A DNA stretch of 55,602 nucleotides from a virus (Duplodnaviria; Caudoviricetes), in IMG/VR virus record IMGVR_UViG_3300042288_000346, positions 1 to 55,602 of that record; one strand, given 5' to 3'. Shown in pieces: positions 1-9,358 of this stretch. The translations under genes were made by a program, and so were the position numbers. The notes under the pieces are model-generated. The model was not told where the DNA came from. It made no database searches and saw only the letters and a list, made by a program, of their open reading frames with translations. Numbering within the stretch: the stretch's first letter is position 1; each line of letters begins with the position of its first letter.

Positions 1-187
1 ACCGCGCTCCGGAAGGAGCCTTCTGCCGGCCCCACAACTGCAGAAGCGCAACCGACCCCGGTGGCACCTGTTGGAGAACCCGCAGCCACAGCCGAAACAA
101 CTACTGTTTCACAGCCTAGCACAACTGTTGTTTCTGACGCGCAAGCTGCAGCACCGACTGTTGAGCCTGCTGGAACAGCTGTTACCC
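1..187. repeat. Terminal direct repeat (circular assembly overlap), copy 1
   Basis: 1-187 matches 55416-55602 except position 60 (G) versus 55475 (A). The repeat lies inside one continuous ORF. Confidence 0.97.
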
Positions 188-3100
188 CTGTCGTTACGGA
201 TCAAGGGGTTACGGCTCCGGCTCTTGCTGTTGCCGCTGCACCAGTAACAGCTGCTCCCGCAGAGACAGAGGGTGCGGGAATTATCTCGACTGCAGACCTC
301 AAGCAGCAGCTCGTCGAGATCGATGCCGAAGCTGCCGCCCGTGCTGCAGAACAGGCTCTGGCCACGACTGAGCTGCCCGAAGGCCTTACTGTGGATAACT
401 CCGTCACCGAAAACTTCGGGCCGGATGACACACGCTTCGCCGCCTTCGAGTCGCCTACCGACAAGGAGCTGTATGTCCTTGGCAAGCTGAATCGTCGCCC
501 TGCAAAGACGCCTGAGCTGACGGAGACGGCGCGTCAGCTGACTTCCAAGGTATCTGAGGCTCTGGGTATCCCCGTCGAGGAAGTCGCCCAGAGGGCGGAG
601 GCGACCCGTGTGGCGACACAGAACGGGTTGTCCGGCGTCCAAGCTGGGGCGGTGTATCGAGTCCCGACAGGGATCACTACGCCTCCCGTCAGCCCCCTAA
701 TGCAGCTTGCGAGCGACCAGATCGGGGAAAAGTTTAGCCTCCCAGAAGGGGAGAAGGTTGTCATCCCCGAAGCGCCGGTTGACCCGGTGCGCACTAAGAT
801 CGCCTCCGTCATCAAGGATGCGTTCGGGGTGGACGTGGTGTGGGCCAGCCTGCCGAAGGGCGGCAAGGTCAAGACCAACAAGGGCCGCGAGCTGGTCGCC
901 ATCAACGGCGCACGCATTGCCGGCACGAATGCCATCCTGCTCGACGCCAACAACTACAGCTTCCTGAACACGCTGGGCCACGAGCTGACCCACGTTCTGG
1001 AGACTCAGTACCCGCAGCTTTATCAGCAGCTGATAACACTCGCCAAGGCGAAGGTCAGCAAGAAGTTCCAGAACCAGCTTCGCAAGGAAGTTGCTAACGA
1101 TGCTGAGTTCAACTCAGAGCTGGTGGCTGAGATGGTCGGCGAGCAATCGACTGATCCGAAGTTCTGGCAGGAAGTGTTCGACGCAGCTGGCGATCAGACT
1201 TCCGCTCAGGGATTCCTCGATGCGCTGAACAAGATCATCGACCGTATCCTGAGTGCGCTTCAGGGCTACCAGCCGATGGTCGTCCAGAGCCGCAAGGATG
1301 CACTGGCCGTGCGTCAGGCTGCTCAGCAAGCGTTCCAGCAGTGGATCACGGCACGACAACAGGCTGCTCAGCAGGTCGCCGCAGACCAGCAAGCCGCAGT
1401 GCAGGCTGCCGCAGCCGTTACTCGCCCAGCGCCAGCGGTCAATCCGTTCTTGGTCGGCACATCACTAGACCCAAATGCACCCAAACCGGCGGAGCTTGGC
1501 CCACCGAAGGTTCCACCTTCACGGCAGGCTCAGGTCAACATTGGCCAGAAGGGCCGCCGCTTTGTCACCTTTGCCGCTGACCTCGACAAGGATCTGTTCG
1601 AGCTTGGCGCTAAGCTGAAGAAGGCCGCAAAAACGCTGAGCAAGTCTGACCGTGAATCAGCCGACGCTCGTCTCGTTCGGTTTATGGCCGTCACCGGCCT
1701 GCCCCGCGCAGAGATGATCGATGTCGCAAAGAACTATCGAGATGCTGTCGTCAAGGCAGCGGGTGCTGTTCAGGAGGACGGCACCTACGAAGCCCCGGCA
1801 ACCAACATAGGAGAGCGTCGTGCCGTTGAAGAAAGGAAAGTCGAAGAGCGTCGTGAGCCGCAACGTGAGCGAGCTGATGAACAAGTACGAGAAGTCCGGC
1901 AAGATCGGGAGCAGCCGCCCGTCGAGCAAGCCGAAGGCGCAGAAGCAGGCGGTCGCGATCGCGCTGCAGAAGGCAGGCCGCAGCCGGAAGAAGTAGCCGC
2001 TGAGGAAGAAGTCGTAAGGGAGCTGCCGCAGTTCTCGCGTAAGCGTCCTGCGGTAGACCCCGACTTCGCCGACAGTGTTGCTGAAGATGTTGGCCTCAAC
2101 GCAGAACTATCTGAGGCCACGTCTCTCAAGTACCAGACCGGCAAGTCCGGCGAGGATCAGTTCAACACACCAGTTGTTGGCGGACTGACCAACACTGTTC
2201 TTGAGATTGAGCGTGCCCGTCGAGAAGGCACTCTTGGGCAGCTCGACCTCGACAGCGAGAGCGATCGCAATACTGTTGCGAAGATGCTTGCCGCCGAAGT
2301 TGTTGCTGCTGTTCGTGCCGGCGGTGGCGCTAAGGAGTGGTATGACAAGACCATCCGTCGCACTCTCGCTATGGCATCGCTCAAGTTTCCTGAGCTTTCC
2401 ACCGACAAGGAAGCGCAGACCGCATTCCGTCTGTCTGTTGCCATCACTTCGCAAGGCCTGAACGTAGAGGACAACCTCAAGTTCGCCATGCAGGTGTACG
2501 GTGAGTACAGAAAGAGCGGCACCTTCCCGCTCAAGGGGCAGGGCAAGAACGGCGGCGCGATGGTGAGCAACTTCCAGCTTGCCAATACGCTCATGGAAAA
2601 GATGGGCATGGAGCGATTCTCTCGCTTCCTTGAGACTGACTTCGTTGCGTCTGAGTTGAATGCAGTCGGCTTCAACATCGACGAACTTGCTGACGAGAAG
2701 ATCCTTGGCTCGTCTGTGTTCGGCCCGAAGATCGGCTTCGGCTTCTACTCGAATCTCTCTGGCAACTTCGAGCCTGTCACGATCGACATGTGGTTCATGC
2801 GAACCATTGGCCGCTTGATAGGCAAGCTTCGCGCTTTCGACGCCAAGCTGTTTGCCTCGCAGCGAGACAAGTTCCGTGCAGCGTTTGCTGTTGAAGGCGT
2901 CAACGGCATCTTCATCAATTCCCGCAACATGTCTGGCAGCCGTCTGTTCAGTGCAGACCTTGTGCAGAACGCGGCAACAGACGATGACGCAGCTGTTACT
3001 TTGGCCCGACTTGTTACCCGTGCGCACGAGCGTGACTTCAAAGTCAATCGCAAGGCCTACGACAACAAGACTCGCGTCAAGTCATCGCTAGTCAATAACG

Positions 3101-6100
3101 CGGCCAACATGCTAAAGTCCCTCGACAAGCCGAAGGATGCACCTTCGAGCGGGTCTGAGAGGCGCAACCTACGTGACATTGTTCGTCAGACAGTCTCCCT
3201 TGTTGAGGGTGTTGTCGGCGAGCGTATCCCGCCGGCTTCTATGCAGGCTCTTGTCTGGTATCCAGAGCAGGAGTTGTACAAGTCGTTTGGCGTGAAGCTT
3301 CGTGTAACGAGCCAAGACTATGCCGGTGCAATCCGTAAAATCCTTGAGAAGGAGGGATACAGTGGAAGAGAACTCAGCGCAGCAGCCGAATCTGGATCAA
3401 GAGGCGCACAACGAGTGGCTGGCCAGCCTCTCGAAGCCGAAGATGCTGGAGTTGTCGGACAAGTTGAACAGCCTGATGCTGCAGAAAGAGCAGGCCGCCA
3501 GCTCACCGCAAGAGAGCGTGAGCGACTCCTCGTCTCCGAAGTCATTAAGCGGTATCGACAGAGCAGTGCAGAGGCACAAGGGTCTTACAAGATCCGAAGC
3601 GCAGGAGATGGCCGACGCATTCGGGTTCTGAGTAATGACGCCAAGGCTGAATACAAGCCGGTCATTACTTTCAAGAATGCACTTGGAGCCGTAGGCAAGC
3701 CGGCTCCCACCATGTACGAGCTGGATGGCGGAGCGCCCTTGTTCCGTCAGGCCATCCAAGACTCGAAGAACAACAGCAAGTTTGGTGCTGCGGTCTACGT
3801 CTACGACGAGGCCGACTACGCCAACATGCGCCTGTTCATCTCTGATGACGGCAAGTCAGGCTTCGCCCTCAAGGGCAATGACATTGTCTCTGTGTTTAGC
3901 GGACAGAAGGGATCTGCCAACGCCATGCTGCAGCTTGCTGTGGATCAGGGCGGACAGCGGCTTGATGCCTTCGACACTGTTCTTCCTGAGCTGTATGCAG
4001 ACAACGGCTTCAAGGTTGTTGCTCGCGTTAAATGGAATGACGAGTACAGCCCTGAAGGCTGGGACAAGGCGACGTTCGCCAAGTACAACAACGGCGAGCC
4101 TGATGTCGTGTTCATGGTCTATGACCCGGCCAACGCTTCTGAGCTTGGCGGCAAGACCATTGAGAACTACGACGATGGCGTAGCTGCGCAGGAAGATGCG
4201 ATCGGCAAGCAGACTATCCAGTTCTCCCGTGTTCGCAGCGAGACAAATGCTGACGGCAAGCAGATTGCCAGCACGCCTGAATTCATCCAGAACTTCTGGA
4301 ACTGGTTCGGCGACAGCAAGATCGTAGACCGCCGTGGCCGCCCAAAGGTCATGTATCACGGCACGATTCCGCCCACTGTTGGCGCTGAAGAGTTTATCGA
4401 CCAAGGCATCAGCGTGTTCCGCCGCGGCACTGGTGGCGCGATCTTCGTGTCACCTGACGAGCGAGTTGCGAACACGTACGCTGGGCCGGGTGGATCTGTG
4501 TATCCATTGTATATACGCGCTGAGAATCCGTTCGACTTCGAGAATCCTGATCACGTCAAGCGAGTTCTGGATATCTGGGAGTCCAATAACGTCGGTATCC
4601 GCGAGACTCGTGAGCAGGCCATTGCCAAAGGCAAGTGGCAGATGATCGAGAACGTCGAGATCCAAGACGCCATCAAGCTTGCCGGCTTCGACAGCTACTA
4701 CGTGAAGGAGACTGGGGCCAAGAACCTCGCGCTGTACGACCCATCACAGTTGAAGTCAGCTGTTGGGAATGTTGGCGAGTTCTCGCCTGAGCGTCCTGAG
4801 ATCCAGTTCTCGAAGGTGCGTCAGGGCCGCAAGTACTGGCTGCCTGAGTTCGGTCGACTGCAGCGTTTGCTGCGTGGCGTGCAAAACGAAGTGCTTGCCA
4901 CTGCTCGTGCGCAAAGGGCTGTTGCTGCTCAGGGTGGCGTGCTGACTGACTCGACAGAGATCGAGTCGGCAATGCATCGCATGTATGGCCGCGCCGGAAA
5001 CCGTCTCGATCGCTTCCGCAAGGACGTAGTCGAGCAGATCCTCAAGCGTGCTTCTGACATGAACGTCAGCCTTGCAGACGTTGAGCTGTACTTGTACGCC
5101 AACCATGCCAAGGAAGCGAACCGTCGCATTGCTTCGATCAATCCGCAGATGCCAGATGGCGGCTCAGGCATGACGAATGCTGAAGCTGATCAGGTTATGG
5201 CAACGCTGCGGCAGGACATGCCACAGTTCCTGCGCACGAAGTCCATCGCAGATGAGATTCAGAACATCACAAAGATGACTCAGGCTGCGCTGGTCAATGG
5301 CGACATTGTCAGCCCTGCTGATTTGGCCGCTTGGAACGCCACGTACAACTACTACGTTCCGCTCAAGACATTCGAGCAGGCTGACGATCTTGGCCGGGTG
5401 ACTGGCAATGGCCGGTTTGACCTTGCCAATGCATTCTCGAAGCGTCGACTTGGTCGCAGCAGCAAAGCCGGCGCGATCGTCGAGAACATCTTGGCGGACT
5501 ACGAGGAAGCTGTTGTCGCTGTTGAGCGAAACAATGTACGCAAGGCGTGGCTGCAGTTTATCCTGAGCAACAAGGACAGCGAACTGTGGCAGGTCAACAA
5601 GCCTGTCATGCAGCGTGCGTTCTACAAGAACCCTGTCGAGGAAGTTCGATACCGCCTGACTATCCAGAAGGATGCGGAGACTCTCCCAGTCCGTGTGGGT
5701 GGCGAGGTGTATCACATGGTCATCAAAGACCCTGAGATCCTCGAAGAACTGCAGATGACGAGTGTCCTGTCGCAGTTCCCGGATACGATCAAGTCAATCC
5801 TTGGCGGCATGAATACGTTTGGCCGCACGCTATCCAAGCTGTGGACTGTGCTGTCGCCGCCGTTCGTGCTGATCAACGCATCTCGCGACATTCAGACATC
5901 GCTGATCAACACCGGCATCGACCAAGGGCTGTGGAGTTCCGCGAAGCTGTTGGCAACACTGCCGAAGGCTGCTTACACAGTGTGGCGTGCTGAGCGTAAC
6001 AACGCTTGGACTGGCGACCTGAAACAGTACTACGACATGTATCGTGCTGATGGCGGCAAGACTGGTGCGCTTGATCTGAGGCAGATCGAAGACCGCCACA

Positions 6101-7494
6101 GTGATCTGATGTCCATGTATCGCAACGCACAGGCGTCGATAGGTAAGCCACTGACGTACCACCGCCTGACCATGCGGTATCTGAAGGGCGTAGAAAACTT
6201 CATGATGGACATCAACGGTGCCATCGAAGGCGCTGCTCGTGTTGCCGCATACAAGGTCGCAATGGAGAACGGTAAGTCGCGCATCCAAGCGACTAACATT
6301 GCGAAGGAAATCACGGTCAACTTCAACCGTCGCGGCAAGTGGACTCCGGTGCTGAGCGGAATGTACCTGTTCTTCAACCCTGCAGTTCAGGGTGCAAAGC
6401 GCACGGTGAGCGCTGTGTTCAGCAAGCGTGGCGCTGCTGTCGCAACTGGGCTTGCAACCCTTGGATACTTCATTGCAGAGATGGCGGCCTCCGCTGTCGG
6501 TGACGATGAGGAGCCGTACTGGGATAAGCCATCAATGCGCCAGACTAAGCTGAAGAACCTTGTGTTCTTCGGGCCGAATGGCGAGACCTACAATGTCCCG
6601 CTGCCGTATGGCTTTGGCTTCTTCGTGAACCTTGGCTATGCGCTTCGTGACCTGAAGAATGGCGCAGACCCGTTAAAGGTCGGTGCGTTTATGCGAGATT
6701 CCGCATCGCTTCATTTCTCGCCGCTTGGCTCGATGGACAACATGGCGACCTTCCTGTCTCCGACGCTCATCGATCCGGCGATGGTTCTCATCACTGGCGA
6801 GAAGGAGACTGGCCTGCCGCTTATGCCGGAAGACTTCACTGGAGTCACCCCGGACAGCGAGCGGTACTGGAACAACACTCGCGATACGATGTTCCAGAAC
6901 GTAACTGCTGCTCTGTATGAGATGACCGGCGGTGGCGCTGGCGGAAAGATGGCTATCGACGTGTCGCCTGAGTCTGTCGAGTACATCACGTCGTTCCTGA
7001 CAGGCGGTGCTGGTACGTTTGTGAAGGATGTCATCAAGACATTCGATGCGATGGCCAACACCGGCACTGCGTCGGCCACTGAGCAGAACCTGATCCCGAT
7101 CTTGAAGGCCGTTCACAGGCAGCCCGACGGTCGGTATGACTCCAGCGCGTTCTACGAGAATGCCAAGGAGGCAAAGGAAGCCGCTCGTGACTTCAATGCG
7201 ATCATGGAGTCAGAGACCGAAGTGTCCGAAGAGAAGCTTGCCTACGCAGACTCTGTTGCTGGCATGGCCGCACTATCGCGGTTTGCAGACAAGCAGAAGC
7301 GAGCCATCTCAAACCTGCGCCAGCAGGACTTGGACATCCAGCAGGATGAAACTTTAACTAGGGAAGAGAAATATGGACTTCGTAAAGAAATTGCTGAGCA
7401 GATTCGTCAAACCCAAGTTGAGTTCAACGTCGCCTTCTACGCCGAGCGTCGAGCCGCCGAAGCAGAAGAAGCAGAAGGTCAAGCTGAAGAATAA
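1..7494 (+). CDS. Giant polyvalent virion ejection protein, C-terminal part (gene starts at 54495 and crosses the join; ~2,804 aa in total)
   Basis: Frame +1 is open from base 1 and continuous with the ORF from ATG 54495. It contains a zincin HELTH motif, a VTIDMWFMR/QALVW module, a GNAT-like LDAFDTVLPELYADNGF module, an ART-like YHGT...NPFD...YDPSQLKS module and an LPD38-like C-terminus. It is the last gene of the structural operon. Confidence 0.85.
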   Translation, partial: TALRKEPSAGPTTAEAQPTPVAPVGEPAATAETTTVSQPSTTVVSDAQAAAPTVEPAGTAVTPVVTDQGVTAPALAVAAAPVTAAPAETEGAGIISTADLKQQLVEIDAEAAARAAEQALATTELPEGLTVDNSVTENFGPDDTRFAAFESPTDKELYVLGKLNRRPAKTPELTETARQLTSKVSEALGIPVEEVAQRAEATRVATQNGLSGVQAGAVYRVPTGITTPPVSPLMQLASDQIGEKFSLPEGEKVVIPEAPVDPVRTKIASVIKDAFGVDVVWASLPKGGKVKTNKGRELVAINGARIAGTNAILLDANNYSFLNTLGHELTHVLETQYPQLYQQLITLAKAKVSKKFQNQLRKEVANDAEFNSELVAEMVGEQSTDPKFWQEVFDAAGDQTSAQGFLDALNKIIDRILSALQGYQPMVVQSRKDALAVRQAAQQAFQQWITARQQAAQQVAADQQAAVQAAAAVTRPAPAVNPFLVGTSLDPNAPKPAELGPPKVPPSRQAQVNIGQKGRRFVTFAADLDKDLFELGAKLKKAAKTLSKSDRESADARLVRFMAVTGLPRAEMIDVAKNYRDAVVKAAGAVQEDGTYEAPATNIGERRAVEERKVEERREPQRERADEQVREVRQDREQPPVEQAEGAEAGGRDRAAEGRPQPEEVAAEEEVVRELPQFSRKRPAVDPDFADSVAEDVGLNAELSEATSLKYQTGKSGEDQFNTPVVGGLTNTVLEIERARREGTLGQLDLDSESDRNTVAKMLAAEVVAAVRAGGGAKEWYDKTIRRTLAMASLKFPELSTDKEAQTAFRLSVAITSQGLNVEDNLKFAMQVYGEYRKSGTFPLKGQGKNGGAMVSNFQLANTLMEKMGMERFSRFLETDFVASELNAVGFNIDELADEKILGSSVFGPKIGFGFYSNLSGNFEPVTIDMWFMRTIGRLIGKLRAFDAKLFASQRDKFRAAFAVEGVNGIFINSRNMSGSRLFSADLVQNAATDDDAAVTLARLVTRAHERDFKVNRKAYDNKTRVKSSLVNNAANMLKSLDKPKDAPSSGSERRNLRDIVRQTVSLVEGVVGERIPPASMQALVWYPEQELYKSFGVKLRVTSQDYAGAIRKILEKEGYSGRELSAAAESGSRGAQRVAGQPLEAEDAGVVGQVEQPDAAERAGRQLTARERERLLVSEVIKRYRQSSAEAQGSYKIRSAGDGRRIRVLSNDAKAEYKPVITFKNALGAVGKPAPTMYELDGGAPLFRQAIQDSKNNSKFGAAVYVYDEADYANMRLFISDDGKSGFALKGNDIVSVFSGQKGSANAMLQLAVDQGGQRLDAFDTVLPELYADNGFKVVARVKWNDEYSPEGWDKATFAKYNNGEPDVVFMVYDPANASELGGKTIENYDDGVAAQEDAIGKQTIQFSRVRSETNADGKQIASTPEFIQNFWNWFGDSKIVDRRGRPKVMYHGTIPPTVGAEEFIDQGISVFRRGTGGAIFVSPDERVANTYAGPGGSVYPLYIRAENPFDFENPDHVKRVLDIWESNNVGIRETREQAIAKGKWQMIENVEIQDAIKLAGFDSYYVKETGAKNLALYDPSQLKSAVGNVGEFSPERPEIQFSKVRQGRKYWLPEFGRLQRLLRGVQNEVLATARAQRAVAAQGGVLTDSTEIESAMHRMYGRAGNRLDRFRKDVVEQILKRASDMNVSLADVELYLYANHAKEANRRIASINPQMPDGGSGMTNAEADQVMATLRQDMPQFLRTKSIADEIQNITKMTQAALVNGDIVSPADLAAWNATYNYYVPLKTFEQADDLGRVTGNGRFDLANAFSKRRLGRSSKAGAIVENILADYEEAVVAVERNNVRKAWLQFILSNKDSELWQVNKPVMQRAFYKNPVEEVRYRLTIQKDAETLPVRVGGEVYHMVIKDPEILEELQMTSVLSQFPDTIKSILGGMNTFGRTLSKLWTVLSPPFVLINASRDIQTSLINTGIDQGLWSSAKLLATLPKAAYTVWRAERNNAWTGDLKQYYDMYRADGGKTGALDLRQIEDRHSDLMSMYRNAQASIGKPLTYHRLTMRYLKGVENFMMDINGAIEGAARVAAYKVAMENGKSRIQATNIAKEITVNFNRRGKWTPVLSGMYLFFNPAVQGAKRTVSAVFSKRGAAVATGLATLGYFIAEMAASAVGDDEEPYWDKPSMRQTKLKNLVFFGPNGETYNVPLPYGFGFFVNLGYALRDLKNGADPLKVGAFMRDSASLHFSPLGSMDNMATFLSPTLIDPAMVLITGEKETGLPLMPEDFTGVTPDSERYWNNTRDTMFQNVTAALYEMTGGGAGGKMAIDVSPESVEYITSFLTGGAGTFVKDVIKTFDAMANTGTASATEQNLIPILKAVHRQPDGRYDSSAFYENAKEAKEAARDFNAIMESETEVSEEKLAYADSVAGMAALSRFADKQKRAISNLRQQDLDIQQDETLTREEKYGLRKEIAEQIRQTQVEFNVAFYAERRAAEAEEAEGQAEE

Positions 7495-7504
7495 GCGCAA
7501 GTAA

Positions 7505-7669
7505 TCAGAGGTAGTCGCGCCCTCCCCTCCTGCACCGCCAGTTGGGGGGAGGGACTTGCCTCCACATCTCGTGTCGCATGCGGTCTGTGTGTCGCTTCAT
7601 CTTGATGTAGCCAAAGACAAGTGGCGGCAGAATGATTAGCGCCATGATTGCTATTGCCATTTGTTCCAT
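7505..7669 (-). CDS. Small membrane-anchored hypothetical protein (54 aa)
   Basis: Manually translated as MEQMAIAIMALIILPPLVFGYIK...VPPPNWRCRRGGRDYL. It overlaps the upstream ORF. Confidence 0.55.
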   Translation of the reverse strand: MEQMAIAIMALIILPPLVFGYIKMKRHTDRMRHEMWRQVPPPNWRCRRGGRDYL

Positions 7670-7815
7670 CTGATTTCCATCTCCTGTATGACGGTTTCAA
7701 GGAACTCCACTTTCTTCTGAAGCTCCTCAATGACACGGGCCTGCTCTTCAATCGTTCTGCTAAGCTCCTCTCGCTTAGCATCAGACAGGGCACCGAAGTT
7801 TAGTTCGTCGGTCAT
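7651..7815 (-). CDS. Small coiled-coil hypothetical protein (54 aa)
   Basis: Manually translated as MTDELNFGALSDAKREELSRTIEEQARVIEELQKKVEFLE... It is ATGA-coupled to the upstream ORF. Confidence 0.6.
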   Translation of the reverse strand: MTDELNFGALSDAKREELSRTIEEQARVIEELQKKVEFLETVIQEMEIRWNKWQ

Positions 7816-7973
7816 CTGAATAAAAAGTTAAACAGCAGAACAACTGTTGTTGCAACGCCGACAACGTAGAAGAACACCGTTGAAAGCAGGAACACCGCAA
7901 TGCCTGTGGCTATCCTTCTTTGTTCCCTGTAAACCCGATCCGGGTCACGGGACTGATCTCTATTCCTCTTCAT
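7812..7973 (-). CDS. Small membrane protein
   Basis: MKRNRDQ... with a C-terminal hydrophobic helix, a GGAGG RBS and an ATGA overlap. Confidence 0.6.
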   Translation of the reverse strand: MKRNRDQSRDPDRVYREQRRIATGIAVFLLSTVFFYVVGVATTVVLLFNFLFR

Positions 7974-8224
7974 GCCGCCTCCTCTGCGGTCAATGATGGC
8001 ACCCCCTCCCATTTCTCGCGCACCCAATATCCGCTCGCGTTTACAACCATACCGCGAGCATCCATCTCTTCAACGGTAAGGCACCTGCGGGGGATCTTCT
8101 TGCGCACTCCATCTACCATCACATTCCCGATTCGATGTTCATCGAAAGCGCCGACACTGTTGAAGTAGTGTCCGCACCCGCTGCATCTGCACCGGCTCAT
8201 CCCAACTGTTAGTTTCTCATTCAT
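7970..8224 (-). CDS. Zinc-binding protein (phage FDXHR-like)
   Basis: CSGCGHYFNSVGAFDEHR...RRC motif. Confidence 0.7.
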   Translation of the reverse strand: MNEKLTVGMSRCRCSGCGHYFNSVGAFDEHRIGNVMVDGVRKKIPRRCLTVEEMDARGMVVNASGYWVREKWEGVPSLTAEEAA

Positions 8225-8360
8225 CCCAGTGAACCCTCCCGCCAAACCTGCGAGCGTCTGACTCTATACGCCTGCGGACATCGTCAATACTGTAGTACCC
8301 AGTCCACAGCCACCACCAAAACCTACTGACCTTCTGTGTAAAAGTCGAAAGATAAGTCAC
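8217..8360 (-). CDS. Hypothetical protein
   Basis: GTG start after GAGGA; fills the gap in a tightly packed operon. Confidence 0.45.
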   Translation of the reverse strand: MTYLSTFTQKVSRFWWWLWTGYYSIDDVRRRIESDARRFGGRVHWDE

Positions 8361-8643
8361 GGCTTTCCTCCTCGAAGTCGACGCGCTTTTCCAGCGCACG
8401 TCTTGAAAACAGTTTGCCGGTAAGGCTCTTCCTGCCGGAGCGGCTCATGCATCGCATGCGAATTTTCTCCGCATCGAGATCCAGCATGTCGCAGATCCAG
8501 CGCAGCGAACCAGCCTCTTGGGAGTCGCTGTTTATCCAACGCGCCGCCTGCGCACGCACGACCCTGTCTCCTCGAAGGTCAATATCGCAGATGGCTTGGC
8601 TGATAACACTAGCCCACAGCTGTCTTATACCCTGATCATTCAC
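8323..8643 (-). CDS. Hypothetical phage protein
   Basis: LWASVISQAICD...SLRWICDMLDLD pattern typical of phage early proteins; GGAG RBS. Confidence 0.65.
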   Translation of the reverse strand: MNDQGIRQLWASVISQAICDIDLRGDRVVRAQAARWINSDSQEAGSLRWICDMLDLDAEKIRMRCMSRSGRKSLTGKLFSRRALEKRVDFEEESRDLSFDFYTEGQ

Positions 8644-8983
8644 CGATCTTCTCCAGCGCATCTGCTGCGCGGTTGCAGTACCAAGCGGCCTTGCGAATGC
8701 TCTGCGAAAACTTGCCCTTCGTCGGCCTACTCACGTACTTCAGAACGTTTCCTACGCAGTGCGCGACTATGCCCGGTACTTTCTTAAAGTAGTCCTGAGC
8801 AAGTACCGCTTCTATGTAGTCGATGGTCTCGATGCCACCGGGCATCTGGTAATGCGGTGGCTTGTTAACCATGTCGGGGGGCGAGGCATGACTCTCGATC
8901 TTGGTTTGAAATCCGCCCTCCTGCTTCAGCCTATCCATGACGCTTCGGATTTCATCCTCGTTCCTACCAAGTTCATAAGACAT
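8636..8983 (-). CDS. DUF3310-family protein
   Basis: DMVNKPPHY...GIETIDYI...GNVLKYVSR...KAAWY signature. Confidence 0.8.
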   Translation of the reverse strand: MSYELGRNEDEIRSVMDRLKQEGGFQTKIESHASPPDMVNKPPHYQMPGGIETIDYIEAVLAQDYFKKVPGIVAHCVGNVLKYVSRPTKGKFSQSIRKAAWYCNRAADALEKIGE

Positions 8984-8998
8984 ACCCCGCCCCCTTAC

Positions 8999-9208
8999 TT
9001 ATCGAGCCTGCTTGATGCCGGCCTTCTCTGCCTTTTCAGAGATTTCCCCTGCAGCAAGCAGTCCGGCGTGAAGGATCTTGTAGGCCTCAACCATTGCGAC
9101 CAGCAACACGCGAGACACCTGAGTTTCTGGGGAGAGATCTTCCTCCAGACGAACCTCTGCCTTCTTCTTCGCGCTCTTCGTCTTCTTTGTTTTTGACCGG
9201 GACATCAT
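8999..9208 (-). CDS. Hypothetical protein
   Basis: ORF within the operon, with a basic N-terminus. Confidence 0.5.
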   Translation of the reverse strand: MMSRSKTKKTKSAKKKAEVRLEEDLSPETQVSRVLLVAMVEAYKILHAGLLAAGEISEKAEKAGIKQAR

Positions 9209-9350
9209 CGTTAACAATCTCCGTTGTTTGAAAACTAGTCATGCAGTTCATGCAGCGGCGTTTGCGAATCGTCATTGGGTGACCGCTGCCGCTGTAACTG
9301 ATCCTCGTATCGAAGATCAACGTCTTCGAGTTGCAAGATGGACAGCGCAT
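9087..9350 (-). CDS. NrdR-like N-terminal zinc-ribbon protein
   Basis: MRCPSC...DTR...RKRRCMNC..F.T.E matches the NrdR zinc ribbon. No ATP cone is present. Confidence 0.75.
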   Translation of the reverse strand: MRCPSCNSKTLIFDTRISYSGSGHPMTIRKRRCMNCMTSFQTTEIVNDDVPVKNKEDEEREEEGRGSSGGRSLPRNSGVSRVAGRNG

Positions 9351-9358
9351 CAGTTACC

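Noticed and set aside
7525-7553. Terminator-like hairpin after the giant gene
   Set aside because: It has no U-tract and lies within a plausible minus-strand ORF (VPPPNWRCRRGGR).
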